Of a stretch of 64,000 nt of DNA, positions 54,691 to 64,000 are shown piece by piece. The translations under genes and the position numbers were made by a program. The notes under the pieces are model-generated. The model was not told the DNA's origin. It ran no database searches and was given only the letters and a program-made list of their open reading frames with translations. Positions within the stretch are counted from its first letter, which is position 1. Each line of letters starts with the position of its first letter. The stretch is from the sequence record SRR2962707_2060; one strand, given 5' to 3'.

Positions 54691-56139
54691 ATGAGTGAAA
54701 CAATTCTTATTGCTGATGATGATGCGGCCATTCGCACAGTGCTAAGCCAAGCGCTTTCGCGCGCAGGATATGATGTGCGCGTCACATCAAACGCCTCTAC
54801 GCTGTGGCGCTGGGTGGCGGCCGGTGATGGTGACTGTGTTGTCAGCGATGTTGTTATGCCGGACGAAAACATATTCGATCTTCTGCCGCGTATGAAGAAG
54901 ATTCGCCCTGAATTGCCAATTATTGTGATGAGCGCGCAAAATACGTTCATGACAGCCATTCGCGCCTCGGAGAAGGGCGCCTATGAATATTTGCCAAAGC
55001 CTTTTGATCTGGTGGAACTGACCACCATTGTTGGACGCGCACTTCAAGAATCGCGCCGCAAGCCAAGCGCAAATGACAAGGCTGATGATCAGGGCGACGA
55101 GGCGATGCCGCTTGTCGGTCGGTCTGCTGCTATGCAGGATATTTACCGTGTCCTAGCGCGCATGATTCAATCGGATCTCACCGTGCTGATCAACGGTGAA
55201 TCCGGAACGGGCAAAGAGCTTGTTGCGCGCGCGCTGCATGAATATGGCAAGCGCAAGAAAGGTCCATTTGTTGCGATCAACATGGCCGCTATTCCGCGCG
55301 ATCTCATTGAGTCTGAATTGTTTGGTCACGAAAAGGGCGCTTTTACTGGTGCCTTGTCGCGCTCAACTGGTCGTTTTGAGCAAGCCGGAAATGGTACATT
55401 ATTTCTTGATGAAATCGGCGATATGCCGATGGAGGCGCAAACGCGTTTGCTGCGTGTTCTTCAACAGGGCGAGTACACCACAGTCGGTGGACGTACGCCG
55501 ATCAAAACCAATGTTCGGATTGTTGCGGCGTCAAATAAAGACCTTCGCAATTTGATTAATCAGGGGCTTTTCCGTGAGGATCTCTATTATCGTTTGAATG
55601 TGGTACCGCTGCGAATCCCGCCATTGCGCGAACGCATCAACGATATACCAGACCTTGTTGCGCATTTTCTAAAACAAGTGCAGCAAGAAGGCCTTGAAGA
55701 GAAACGACTTTTGCCTGAGGCCATTGATGCTTTGATGTCCTATTCGTGGCCAGGCAATGTGCGCGAGCTTGAAAACCTTATCCGTCGCCTTGCTGCGCTA
55801 TATCCGCAGGATGAAATCTCAGCGGAAACGGTATTGAATGAGCTGCAATCAGCCGATGTAACGCTCCCAGAAATGGGCACTGTCGCTGGTTCATCAGAGG
55901 TGACGATATCTGATGCGGTGGAACGCAATATGCAAAAGTATTTCAACACCTTTGATGATGATTTGCCGCCATCTGGGCTTTACCACCGTGTTCTTGCTGA
56001 GCTTGAATATCCACTCATTTTGGCGACATTAACCGCCACACGGGGCAACCAAATTAAAGCGGCGGAAGTGCTAGGGCTTAATCGAAATACGCTTCGGAAG
56101 AAAATTCGCGACTTAGGCGTGAATGTTTTTAAAGGCTAA
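54691..56139 (+). CDS. ntrC: Nitrogen regulation response regulator NtrC (sigma54 activator)
   Basis: Receiver domain, GESGTGKE, intact GAFTGA, Fis-type [14 protein letters not shown]. Confidence 0.98.
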   Translation: MSETILIADDDAAIRTVLSQALSRAGYDVRVTSNASTLWRWVAAGDGDCVVSDVVMPDENIFDLLPRMKKIRPELPIIVMSAQNTFMTAIRASEKGAYEYLPKPFDLVELTTIVGRALQESRRKPSANDKADDQGDEAMPLVGRSAAMQDIYRVLARMIQSDLTVLINGESGTGKELVARALHEYGKRKKGPFVAINMAAIPRDLIESELFGHEKGAFTGALSRSTGRFEQAGNGTLFLDEIGDMPMEAQTRLLRVLQQGEYTTVGGRTPIKTNVRIVAASNKDLRNLINQGLFREDLYYRLNVVPLRIPPLRERINDIPDLVAHFLKQVQQEGLEEKRLLPEAIDALMSYSWPGNVRELENLIRRLAALYPQDEISAETVLNELQSADVTLPEMGTVAGSSEVTISDAVERNMQKYFNTFDDDLPPSGLYHRVLAELEYPLILATLTATRGNQIKAAEVLGLNRNTLRKKIRDLGVNVFKG

Positions 56140-56181
56140 TGCCAAATATTTGTGCTTGAATTTGTCAATTGTGTCTAGCGG

Positions 56182-56221
56182 CTGTTGTAAAATGGCCACA
56201 TTCTGTTGCAAGATGGTGACA
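56182..56221. promoter_or_regulatory. Two phased TGT-N12-ACA palindromes upstream of ntrY (candidate operator)
   Basis: CTGTTGTAAAATGGCCACA and CTGTTGCAAGATGGTGACA, 15/19 identical, 21-bp period. Confidence 0.6.
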
Positions 56222-56247
56222 GAAATTGAGGCAGGTTTTGCACATTC

Positions 56248-58587
56248 ATGACGTCATTGATCGATAAAATCTCGAATTCTGGACCGGCTGTCAGTTTGAC
56301 GCCTGCACGCGGAAATTTGCGCCGCGGATTTCTTATCATTGGCCTTGCGCTAGTTACCGCGATTGCTTCCTTTGTTATTTTGATTGGTCTTACGCCGATT
56401 ACACCCGACTATTCAGTCACTGTAGCCGCTATTGTCATCAATGGCGTTTTCGCTGCTGCGCTTTTTGCGCTGATCATTGTTGAACTTAGGCGGATAACCG
56501 AAGCGGGTAAAATTGGTCGTGCAGGCGCACGTCTTCATATTCGAATTGTCAGTCTATTTTCGATTATTGCTATCGCTCCGGCGATTGCTGTTGCCATTGT
56601 AGCTGCGGTCACTTTGGATCTCGGGCTCGACCGGTGGTTTGATATTCGTACGCGCACGATTGTTGAATCATCTCAGCAGGTTGCTCAAAGTTACATTAAT
56701 GAGAACGCGATTAACTTGCGCGATTCCTCGATTAATATGTCGTTTGCGCTTAGTTCGCAGCGTGTACTTTACAGATTAGATCGCAATGGATTTCGCGCCT
56801 ACTTAACTCAGCAGGCCAAGGGGCGCGGCATGCTGGGTGCCTCGGTCATTCGCTCCGATGGATCCGTCATACATAGTGCCGATATAGCAACGGATCAGCC
56901 GCTGCCGCTCCCACCACCGGTTGCTTTGGAAGCTGCAACAGATGGCAATCCGGTGGCTATTCCGCCTGAGCGCACCAATTTGGTGGGATCGATCATCAAA
57001 ATTCCAGATTTAGACGATGCTTATCTTTATACGGTTCGTTCGGTTGATGCGAATGTCTTGGACGCGGTACGCTTAATGAAGCAAAACCGCGAAGAATATA
57101 GCAGTCTCGATAAGAACCGTCCCGTCGTTCAACTCGCTTTTGCGCTTCTTTATCTTGGTTTGACCCTCATTGTTGTATTGTCTGCTATTTGGACTGGTAT
57201 TGCAGTAACCAATCGCTTGGTTCGGCCGATACGCCAGCTCATAAATGCATCTGATGAAGTAGCAGGGGGCAATTTGGCGGTTCGGGTTCCAATTCGGCGT
57301 GTTGATGGCGATTTGGCTCAATTGGGTGAAACCTTCAACGATATGCTGGTTCAGCTTAAAACACAGCGCGATGAAATTTTGATGGCGAAGGACACGATTG
57401 ATGAGCGGCGGCGCTTTTCGGAAGCTGTCCTTTCGGGTGTTTCCGCTGGCGTTTTAGGCATCGATGAAACAGGCAATGTATCTGTTTCAAACAAATCAAC
57501 CGCGCAAATTTTGGGTTACCCTGATGGATTGCCCTCTGGCATTTCGCTTCATGAATTATCACCCCAATTGGGCGATGCGTTCTTAGAGATGAAAAATAAT
57601 GAGCGTGATGATTTGCGACGCCAAATTACATTTACGGATCGCTCGGGCCGTGAGCGGGTGCTCAATGTTCAGTTGACTTTGGACAAATCCGAAATTCTAG
57701 ATGTTGATAGCGAAGCAGATGATGAAGTCGTTTGCCAGATAGCCGCCGGCCGCAAAACGCATGTTTTGACGATCGATGATATTTCAGATCTCATGGATGC
57801 GCAGCGCACGAGCGCTTGGGCTGATGTCGCGCGGCGCATCGCACACGAAATCAAAAACCCACTGACGCCAATCCAGCTTTCTGCCGAACGCATTCGCCGC
57901 CGCTACGGCAAACAAATTGCTGATGATGATCGAGCGGTGTTTGATCAGTGTACGGATACAATTATTCGTCAGGTGGGCGATATTGGCCGGATGGTCGACG
58001 AGTTCTCGTCTTTTGCGCGCATGCCTAAACCTGTTATTGAATTGCGCGATCTGAAATCGACAATAAAGGAAGCAGCGTTCCTCGTTGAGGTTAGTAATAA
58101 TGCGATTGTATTCGAACGCGAGTTTCCAGAAGAGCCGCTGAATTGCTATTTTGATGATCGTTTGGTCGGGCAAGCCGTTGGAAACATTATCAAAAATGCT
58201 TCTGAATCAGTTGAGGCGTGGCTTGCTGAAAATCACGAGAGCCAAGAAACAGGTAAGGTTTCGATAAAGGGCTATAAGTCATCAGACGGCGCGATCGTTA
58301 TTGATATTTTGGACAATGGCCGTGGTTTTCCGAAAGCCAATCGCCAGCGACTCTTAGAGCCCTATATGACGACACGTGAAAAAGGCACCGGCCTTGGCTT
58401 AGCAATCGTGCGAAAAATCATGGAAGATCACAAAGGCATATTAGAGCTGCACGATGCGCCTGAAGATTACAGCAATGGGCACGGGGCGATGGTTCGCATG
58501 ATTTTTCCTTCAGCCCAATCGAATGAGACTCTAAAAGGTAGCAATAGCGGTAAAGAGAAAAATACTGCAGCGGAGGTAACAAGTTGA
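56248..58587 (+). CDS. ntrY: Sensor histidine kinase NtrY
   Basis: TM helices, HAMP, PAS, AWADVARRIAHEIKNPLTPIQLSAER. Confidence 0.96.
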   Translation: MTSLIDKISNSGPAVSLTPARGNLRRGFLIIGLALVTAIASFVILIGLTPITPDYSVTVAAIVINGVFAAALFALIIVELRRITEAGKIGRAGARLHIRIVSLFSIIAIAPAIAVAIVAAVTLDLGLDRWFDIRTRTIVESSQQVAQSYINENAINLRDSSINMSFALSSQRVLYRLDRNGFRAYLTQQAKGRGMLGASVIRSDGSVIHSADIATDQPLPLPPPVALEAATDGNPVAIPPERTNLVGSIIKIPDLDDAYLYTVRSVDANVLDAVRLMKQNREEYSSLDKNRPVVQLAFALLYLGLTLIVVLSAIWTGIAVTNRLVRPIRQLINASDEVAGGNLAVRVPIRRVDGDLAQLGETFNDMLVQLKTQRDEILMAKDTIDERRRFSEAVLSGVSAGVLGIDETGNVSVSNKSTAQILGYPDGLPSGISLHELSPQLGDAFLEMKNNERDDLRRQITFTDRSGRERVLNVQLTLDKSEILDVDSEADDEVVCQIAAGRKTHVLTIDDISDLMDAQRTSAWADVARRIAHEIKNPLTPIQLSAERIRRRYGKQIADDDRAVFDQCTDTIIRQVGDIGRMVDEFSSFARMPKPVIELRDLKSTIKEAAFLVEVSNNAIVFEREFPEEPLNCYFDDRLVGQAVGNIIKNASESVEAWLAENHESQETGKVSIKGYKSSDGAIVIDILDNGRGFPKANRQRLLEPYMTTREKGTGLGLAIVRKIMEDHKGILELHDAPEDYSNGHGAMVRMIFPSAQSNETLKGSNSGKEKNTAAEVTS

Positions 58588-59945
58588 AAGCAGACATACT
58601 AATCGTTGATGACGAGGACGATATTCGCGAAATTGTTGCTGGTATTCTCTCTGACGAGGGTCATGAGACGCGCACCGCGCACGATAGTGACAGCGCGCTT
58701 GCCGCGATTTCGGATCGTGTTCCGCGTCTCATTTTCCTAGATATTTGGATGCAGGGCAGTAAACTTGATGGGCTTGGTTTGCTTGATGAAATTCAAGCGA
58801 TGCATCCAGGCTTGCCTGTTGTCATGATATCCGGACACGGCAATATTGAAACCGCCGTTTCGGCTATCCGCCGCGGTGCTTATGATTATATTGAAAAACC
58901 TTTTAAAGCAGATCGTTTGGTGTTGATTGCAGAGCGAGCGTTAGAGACAAGCTCCATGCGCCGCGAAATTACGGAGCTAAAGCGCCGTTCAACTGATTCC
59001 TATGAACTGATTGGTAATTCATCGGCAATGATGAATCTGCGCCAAGCGATAGAGCGCGTTGGCCCAACCAACAGCCGTGTGTTGATCACAGGACCATCGG
59101 GATCAGGCAAAGAGTTGGTTGCTCGCGCAATCCACAAAGCGTCTGAGCGATGCAATGGACCCTTCGTTACGATGAATGCGGCCGCGATTACGCCAAGCCG
59201 GATGGAAGTCGAACTTTTTGGGATTGAGGCAAAGGGCAACGACCGTAAAGTCGGCGCTCTAGAGCAGGCTCATGGCGGCATTTTATATCTTGATGAAATT
59301 GCGGATATGCCGCTTGAAACGCAATCCAAAATTCTCCGCGTTTTGGTCGAGCAGGAATTTGAGCGGGTAGGCGGTGTACGGCGCGTAAAAGTGGATGTAC
59401 GGATTATATCGTCGACGGCTTTTGATTTGGAGGCCTTGATCGAGGCAGGGCGCTTTAGGCGCGATCTATATAGTCGTCTAGCCGTGGTTCCCTTGGACGT
59501 GCCGCCACTTTCTGGGCGCCGTGAAGATATTGCCGGACTGGTGCAGGTTTTCATGAAGCAAATTTCTGCTCAGACGGGCATTCGCGCGAAGATTGTTGAT
59601 TCGGATGCGATGGCTGTTCTTCAAGCTCATGCTTGGCCTGGAAATATTCGCCAATTGCGGAATACGATTGAGCGCCTCATGATCCTCACACGCGGTGAAA
59701 ATGATGAAGTACCGATTACCGTTTCTATGTTGCCGCCAGAATTGAGCGAAAACTTACCCAAAGCGCCAACGGAATCAGATACGCACATCATGTCTCTACC
59801 GCTTCGTGAAGCGCGAGAACGCTTTGAACGTGATTATCTTTTGGCTCAAATTTCCAGATTTGGCGGAAATATTTCACGCACGGCTGAATTTATTGGTATG
59901 GAGCGCTCAGCGCTTCATCGTAAATTGAAATCATTGGGGGTCTAA
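58584..59945 (+). CDS. ntrX: Response regulator NtrX
   Basis: Receiver domain, AAA+ without GAFTGA, IGMERSALHRKLK HTH; TTG start overlapping the ntrY stop. Confidence 0.96.
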   Translation: MKADILIVDDEDDIREIVAGILSDEGHETRTAHDSDSALAAISDRVPRLIFLDIWMQGSKLDGLGLLDEIQAMHPGLPVVMISGHGNIETAVSAIRRGAYDYIEKPFKADRLVLIAERALETSSMRREITELKRRSTDSYELIGNSSAMMNLRQAIERVGPTNSRVLITGPSGSGKELVARAIHKASERCNGPFVTMNAAAITPSRMEVELFGIEAKGNDRKVGALEQAHGGILYLDEIADMPLETQSKILRVLVEQEFERVGGVRRVKVDVRIISSTAFDLEALIEAGRFRRDLYSRLAVVPLDVPPLSGRREDIAGLVQVFMKQISAQTGIRAKIVDSDAMAVLQAHAWPGNIRQLRNTIERLMILTRGENDEVPITVSMLPPELSENLPKAPTESDTHIMSLPLREARERFERDYLLAQISRFGGNISRTAEFIGMERSALHRKLKSLGV

Positions 59946-59951
59946 CAGGGC

Positions 59952-61328
59952 ATGCGCGTTATTATTTGTGGTGCTGGCCAAGTAGGCTACGGGATTGCTG
60001 AACGCCTAGCGGCGGAGGACAATGATGTATCTGTAATCGATACATCGGCGAAGCTCATTCAACGGGTTCGTGATACGCTTGATGTGCGCGGATTTGTTGG
60101 CCATGGCAGCCATCCGGATGTCTTGGCGGCGGCTGGGGCGAATGATGCCGATATGATTATTGCGCTTACGCTTTATGATGAAGTGAACATGACCGCCTGT
60201 CAGGTGGCGCATTCGCTGTTTGAAGTGCCAACTAAGATTGCGCGTGTGCGTTCACAGTCCTATTTGCAATCACATTACCGCAATCTGTTTTCTCGTGATC
60301 ATCTACCTATCGATGTGATTATTTCACCGGAGCGCGAAGTGGGTGAGGTTGTTCTCAAACGCATTGCATTGCCCGGTGCAACCGATGTGGTTCAATTTGC
60401 CGATGATAATGTAACGATGATGGCTATTGAGTGTCGTGAAGACTGCCCTGTTATAAACACGCCGCTTAATCAGCTCAGCGATTTGTTCCCCGATTTGGGT
60501 GCGACAGTGACGGCTGTTCGGCGCAACGATAATTTGTTCGTTGTGAAGTCTGGCGACCAACTGCTCGCCGGCGATTTGGCCTATGTTGTGGCGGTGAAGG
60601 GCCAAGTTCGACGTACGCTTGGCTTGTTTGGTCATGAAGAAACACAAGCGCGTCGTATCGTGATTGCAGGCGGTGGTAATATCGGTCTTTATGTGGCCTC
60701 TGAGCTTGAACGTCGTGGCTCGAAAGCAAATTTGAAAATTATTGAGTCTAATCGCGGACGCGCCGTTGAGGTTGCAGACCAGTTGCTGCGAACGATTGTC
60801 CTTCACGGCAGCGCTTTGGATCAGCAAATTCTTCAAGAAGCCGATATTCAAGACGCTGAATTGATGGTTGCATTGACCAATGATGACCAAGTGAATGTGT
60901 TGTCGTCCGTCATGGCCAAAAAACTTGGCTGTCAATCAACGATGACGCTCATCAATGACTTGGCCTATCAAAGTTTTACCGATGTTTTGGGCTTGGACGC
61001 ACAAATTAATCCAAGGGCAGTGACAATTTCACGCGTATTGCAGCATATGCGCCGCGGCCTTATTCGGCAGGTGCATTCGGTGCAAAAAGGACAAGCGGAA
61101 GTCATCGAAGCGCAAGCGCTTGAGACGTCTCCTTTGGTTGGCAAACCACTGCGTCATCAAGAGTTGCCCGAGGATGTTCGCATTGGTGCCGTTTACCGCG
61201 ATGGTAAAGTGATTAGACCCAATGGCGACACCATCATCAAAGCGAATGACCGCGTTGTCATGTTTGCTAAAACGTCTGCCATTAAAAGTGTGGAACAACT
61301 GTTCCGCGTTAGCCTCGAATTCTTCTAG
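59952..61328 (+). CDS. trkA: Trk potassium uptake system NAD-binding subunit
   Basis: Two RCK domains, GAGQVG and GGGNIG. Confidence 0.96.
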   Translation: MRVIICGAGQVGYGIAERLAAEDNDVSVIDTSAKLIQRVRDTLDVRGFVGHGSHPDVLAAAGANDADMIIALTLYDEVNMTACQVAHSLFEVPTKIARVRSQSYLQSHYRNLFSRDHLPIDVIISPEREVGEVVLKRIALPGATDVVQFADDNVTMMAIECREDCPVINTPLNQLSDLFPDLGATVTAVRRNDNLFVVKSGDQLLAGDLAYVVAVKGQVRRTLGLFGHEETQARRIVIAGGGNIGLYVASELERRGSKANLKIIESNRGRAVEVADQLLRTIVLHGSALDQQILQEADIQDAELMVALTNDDQVNVLSSVMAKKLGCQSTMTLINDLAYQSFTDVLGLDAQINPRAVTISRVLQHMRRGLIRQVHSVQKGQAEVIEAQALETSPLVGKPLRHQELPEDVRIGAVYRDGKVIRPNGDTIIKANDRVVMFAKTSAIKSVEQLFRVSLEFF

Positions 61329-61344
61329 GAATAGGATGAACTGA

Positions 61345-62223
61345 ATGTCGCGTATTGCCTATGTAAATGGTTCTTATGTGCCGCACAGCGAAGCGGCGGT
61401 GCATGTTGAAGACCGCGGTTATCAATTTGCTGATGGCGTGTACGAAGTGTGCGAGGTGGCCAATGGCTGCATCATTGATCGCACGCGCCATCTAGATCGG
61501 CTTGATCGTTCGCTAAGTGAGTTACAAATCGCGTGGCCTGTTAAAAGGCAAGCTCTTGAACATATTATGAGCGAAGTGGTGATGCGCAACAGGGTCCACA
61601 ATGGCCTTGTTTACTTGCAGGTCACACGCGGTGTCGCAAAGCGCGACCATGTTTTCCCGAATGCCCATACACCAAGTGCGTTGGTTGTTACCGCAAAACA
61701 TACTTATCCTGCAGTTTCGGCAAAAAAATATGATGCAGGCATCGGCGTCATCACAGTTCCAGAAAATCGTTGGGCCCGCGTAGATATTAAGTCCGTTGGC
61801 TTGTTGCCGAATGTTATGGCGCGGCAATTGGCGAAAGAGCAGGGCTGCGGCGAAGCGTGGTTTGTGGATACTGATGGCTATGTAACTGAAGGTGGCGCAA
61901 CCAACGCTTGGATCGTGACCGCTGACGGAACATTGGTAACACGTCCGGCTGAAAGCGGTATCTTGCGCGGCATTACCCGAACGGGCGCTATCGAAACAGC
62001 CAAGCGACTAGGGATCAAGTTTGAAGAACGCGCGTTCACAGTTGAAGAAGCGCAATCCGCGCGTGAAGCGTTTATCACTGCGGCAACAACCTTGGTAATG
62101 CCGGTGGTATCGATTGACGGTGTAGCGGTTGCCAACGGGCATCCAGGGTCAATCGTGTCTCAGCTTCGTGACGGGTTTATCCATGATGCGGAAAAAACGC
62201 CCGTCTATGGCAAATTTCGTTGA
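61345..62223 (+). CDS. dat: D-amino-acid transaminase (PLP class IV)
   Basis: DRGYQFADGVYEV, YLQVTRG, DIKS..LLPN and ILRGITR motifs. Confidence 0.9.
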   Translation: MSRIAYVNGSYVPHSEAAVHVEDRGYQFADGVYEVCEVANGCIIDRTRHLDRLDRSLSELQIAWPVKRQALEHIMSEVVMRNRVHNGLVYLQVTRGVAKRDHVFPNAHTPSALVVTAKHTYPAVSAKKYDAGIGVITVPENRWARVDIKSVGLLPNVMARQLAKEQGCGEAWFVDTDGYVTEGGATNAWIVTADGTLVTRPAESGILRGITRTGAIETAKRLGIKFEERAFTVEEAQSAREAFITAATTLVMPVVSIDGVAVANGHPGSIVSQLRDGFIHDAEKTPVYGKFR

Positions 62224-62353
62224 CGGAATTTACAAAAATAAGCAGTTTTCTTTCCTGTGCCACTAGAAGACTGCTTAGTTTTACTTATATATTGATATCT
62301 AACAGGAAATTATGCCCGTCAATTCGGGCGCAATTGGATTAATGGCAATTAAA

Positions 62354-62605
62354 ATGGCAGAACGAGCACAGAACTTGCAGGACCAATTCTTAAATGCGGT
62401 CCGGAAACAAAAGATTTCGCTGACTATTTTTCTCGTTAATGGCGTTAAATTGACCGGTGTTGTTACCTCATTTGATAATTTCTGTGTGTTGTTGCGCCGT
62501 GATGGACACGCGCAACTGGTTTACAAACATGCGATTTCGACAATTATGCCTGGTGAGCCAGTGCAGATGTTTGAAGTCGAAACGACAGCTGCGGCCAACG
62601 ATTGA
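62354..62605 (+). CDS. hfq: RNA chaperone Hfq
   Basis: [14 protein letters not shown] start, [20 protein letters not shown]. Confidence 0.99.
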   Translation: MAERAQNLQDQFLNAVRKQKISLTIFLVNGVKLTGVVTSFDNFCVLLRRDGHAQLVYKHAISTIMPGEPVQMFEVETTAAAND

Positions 62606-64000
62606 CCGATAAACCATTCGACTTAGAGTCTTCTGACATCTTTGATGAAAAAGGACCGCATGGATCCTATGATCTTGCTGTGGAGCCAACGCGCGCAATC
62701 GTGATTGCGCCGGAGATTGGTCGTCGCTCGGTTGTTAAAGCGACATTTGCGAGCGGAACTATTGAACGTAGCGCCCAAGAGCGTCTTGTCGAAGCTGAAG
62801 GCCTAGCGCTCGCCATTGATTTGGTGATTGCATACTCGGCTATCGTGACGGTTTCTAATCCACGTCCTGCGACTTTGCTTGGCTCTGGCAAGGTAAAAGA
62901 GCTTGCTGAAATTGTTAAAGCTGAACATGCGGAGCTTGTGGTTATTGACCATGCGCTAACGCCCGTGCAGCAGCGTAATTTAGAAAAAGAACTCAACGCC
63001 AAAGTTGTCGACCGGACCGGCCTAATTTTGGAAATTTTCGGCCGCCGTGCGCGCACCAAAGAGGGTGCGCTTCAGGTTGAGTTGGCGCATCTGAATTATC
63101 AACGCGGACGCCTTGTGCGCTCATGGACACACTTGGAGCGCCAGCGCGGCGGTGCGGGTTTCCTTGGTGGTCCGGGTGAAACGCAGATTGAGGCCGATCG
63201 GCGCATGCTGCGCGATAAGATTAAGAGCCTCGAAGTTCAGCTTGAGGCTGTTCGGCGCACGCGCACGCTTCACCGTGCAAAACGCAAGAAAATTCCGCTG
63301 CCTGTGGTCGCTTTTGTTGGTTATACCAATGCGGGCAAATCAACACTCTTTAATCGGCTAACCGGCGCGACCGTTCACGCTGAAGATATGCTTTTTGCCA
63401 CCTTGGACCCGACACTGCGCCGCGTTCAATTGCCCGGCGGCACTTGGATTATCTTATCTGATACGGTTGGCTTTATCTCTGATCTGCCTACGCATCTGGT
63501 TGCCGCGTTCCGTGCGACTTTGGAAGAGGTTCAAGAGGCAAATCTTGTGCTTCATGTCCATGATGCCTCTGATAGCGCCAGTGCAGCACAGGCAGACGAT
63601 GTGCATCAAGTATTAAAAGACCTCGACATTGATCCTGAAGATCGTAGCCACATTATTGAAGTGTGGAATAAAGCAGATGCTTTGAGCGCAGAAGAACGCG
63701 CGGGGCTGGAAAAGCGTTTGATGCCGCTAAAAGGCGAAAAGGCCAATGCGGTTGCTACCAGCGCAATAAATGGCGACGGTATTAATGCGTTGCTTTCATT
63801 GATTGAGCAAAAAATTGCAGGTTCATTGGTCTCTCGCACTTTGCGCATAACACCAGATCATTTCGCTGATGTGGCATGGCTTTATGAGAATGCCATTGTT
63901 CGGCGCAGAAATGCAGAAGAAGATGGCACGTTAGTTATCGATGCAGACTTGACGCCTGAAAATTCTGAGGCCTATGACCGAAGGGTTGGAGAAATTAGTT
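62602..64000 (+). CDS. hflX: Ribosome-splitting GTPase HflX (3' truncated by window end; absent from the ORF track because it has no stop in the window)
   Basis: In frame from TTG 62602: [57 protein letters not shown]. Confidence 0.96.
   Translation, partial: MTDKPFDLESSDIFDEKGPHGSYDLAVEPTRAIVIAPEIGRRSVVKATFASGTIERSAQERLVEAEGLALAIDLVIAYSAIVTVSNPRPATLLGSGKVKELAEIVKAEHAELVVIDHALTPVQQRNLEKELNAKVVDRTGLILEIFGRRARTKEGALQVELAHLNYQRGRLVRSWTHLERQRGGAGFLGGPGETQIEADRRMLRDKIKSLEVQLEAVRRTRTLHRAKRKKIPLPVVAFVGYTNAGKSTLFNRLTGATVHAEDMLFATLDPTLRRVQLPGGTWIILSDTVGFISDLPTHLVAAFRATLEEVQEANLVLHVHDASDSASAAQADDVHQVLKDLDIDPEDRSHIIEVWNKADALSAEERAGLEKRLMPLKGEKANAVATSAINGDGINALLSLIEQKIAGSLVSRTLRITPDHFADVAWLYENAIVRRRNAEEDGTLVIDADLTPENSEAYDRRVGEIS

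Noticed and set aside
58584-59945. NtrX lacking GAFTGA as a degenerate gene
   Set aside because: Normal feature of alphaproteobacterial NtrX

Overview
Core chromosome of an alphaproteobacterium of the order Hyphomicrobiales (Rhizobiales). Gene order and roughly balanced GC suggest a marine Ahrensia-like lineage; this is an inference. Positions 1-13.6 kb hold the S10-spc-alpha ribosomal protein cluster (rplC to rplQ, with secY, adk and rpoA). 13.7-18.8 kb: degQ-rarA-(AspH/LpxO/OlsC-type hydroxylase)-crcB-RluA-family synthase. 18.8-24.6 kb is a small accessory patch: beta-CASP ribonuclease, FKBP/SlyD, a 'glyoxalase superfamily' (Ble-like N-terminal domain) protein behind a long structured leader, a GH1 beta-glucosidase, and a codon-atypical CMAH-like metallo-beta-lactamase-fold gene. 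The rest is glnB-glnA (sigma54 promoter, NtrC boxes), uvrA/ssb (LexA box), gyrA-coaD-cyclophilins-queA-tgt, kdsA-eno-ftsB, the PDH cluster with lipA, ispDF, dusB-ntrBC-ntrYX-trkA-dat, and hfq-hflX (truncated). I saw no rRNA, tRNA, CRISPR array, transposase or integrase. The best candidate for an undescribed system is the ~135-nt potentially pseudoknotted RNA leader paired with the small Ble-like-N-terminal-domain protein at 21.03-21.64 kb. Next are the horizontally acquired-looking CMAH-like gene, the inserted lipid hydroxylase and the E2 subunit with a duplicated binding domain.
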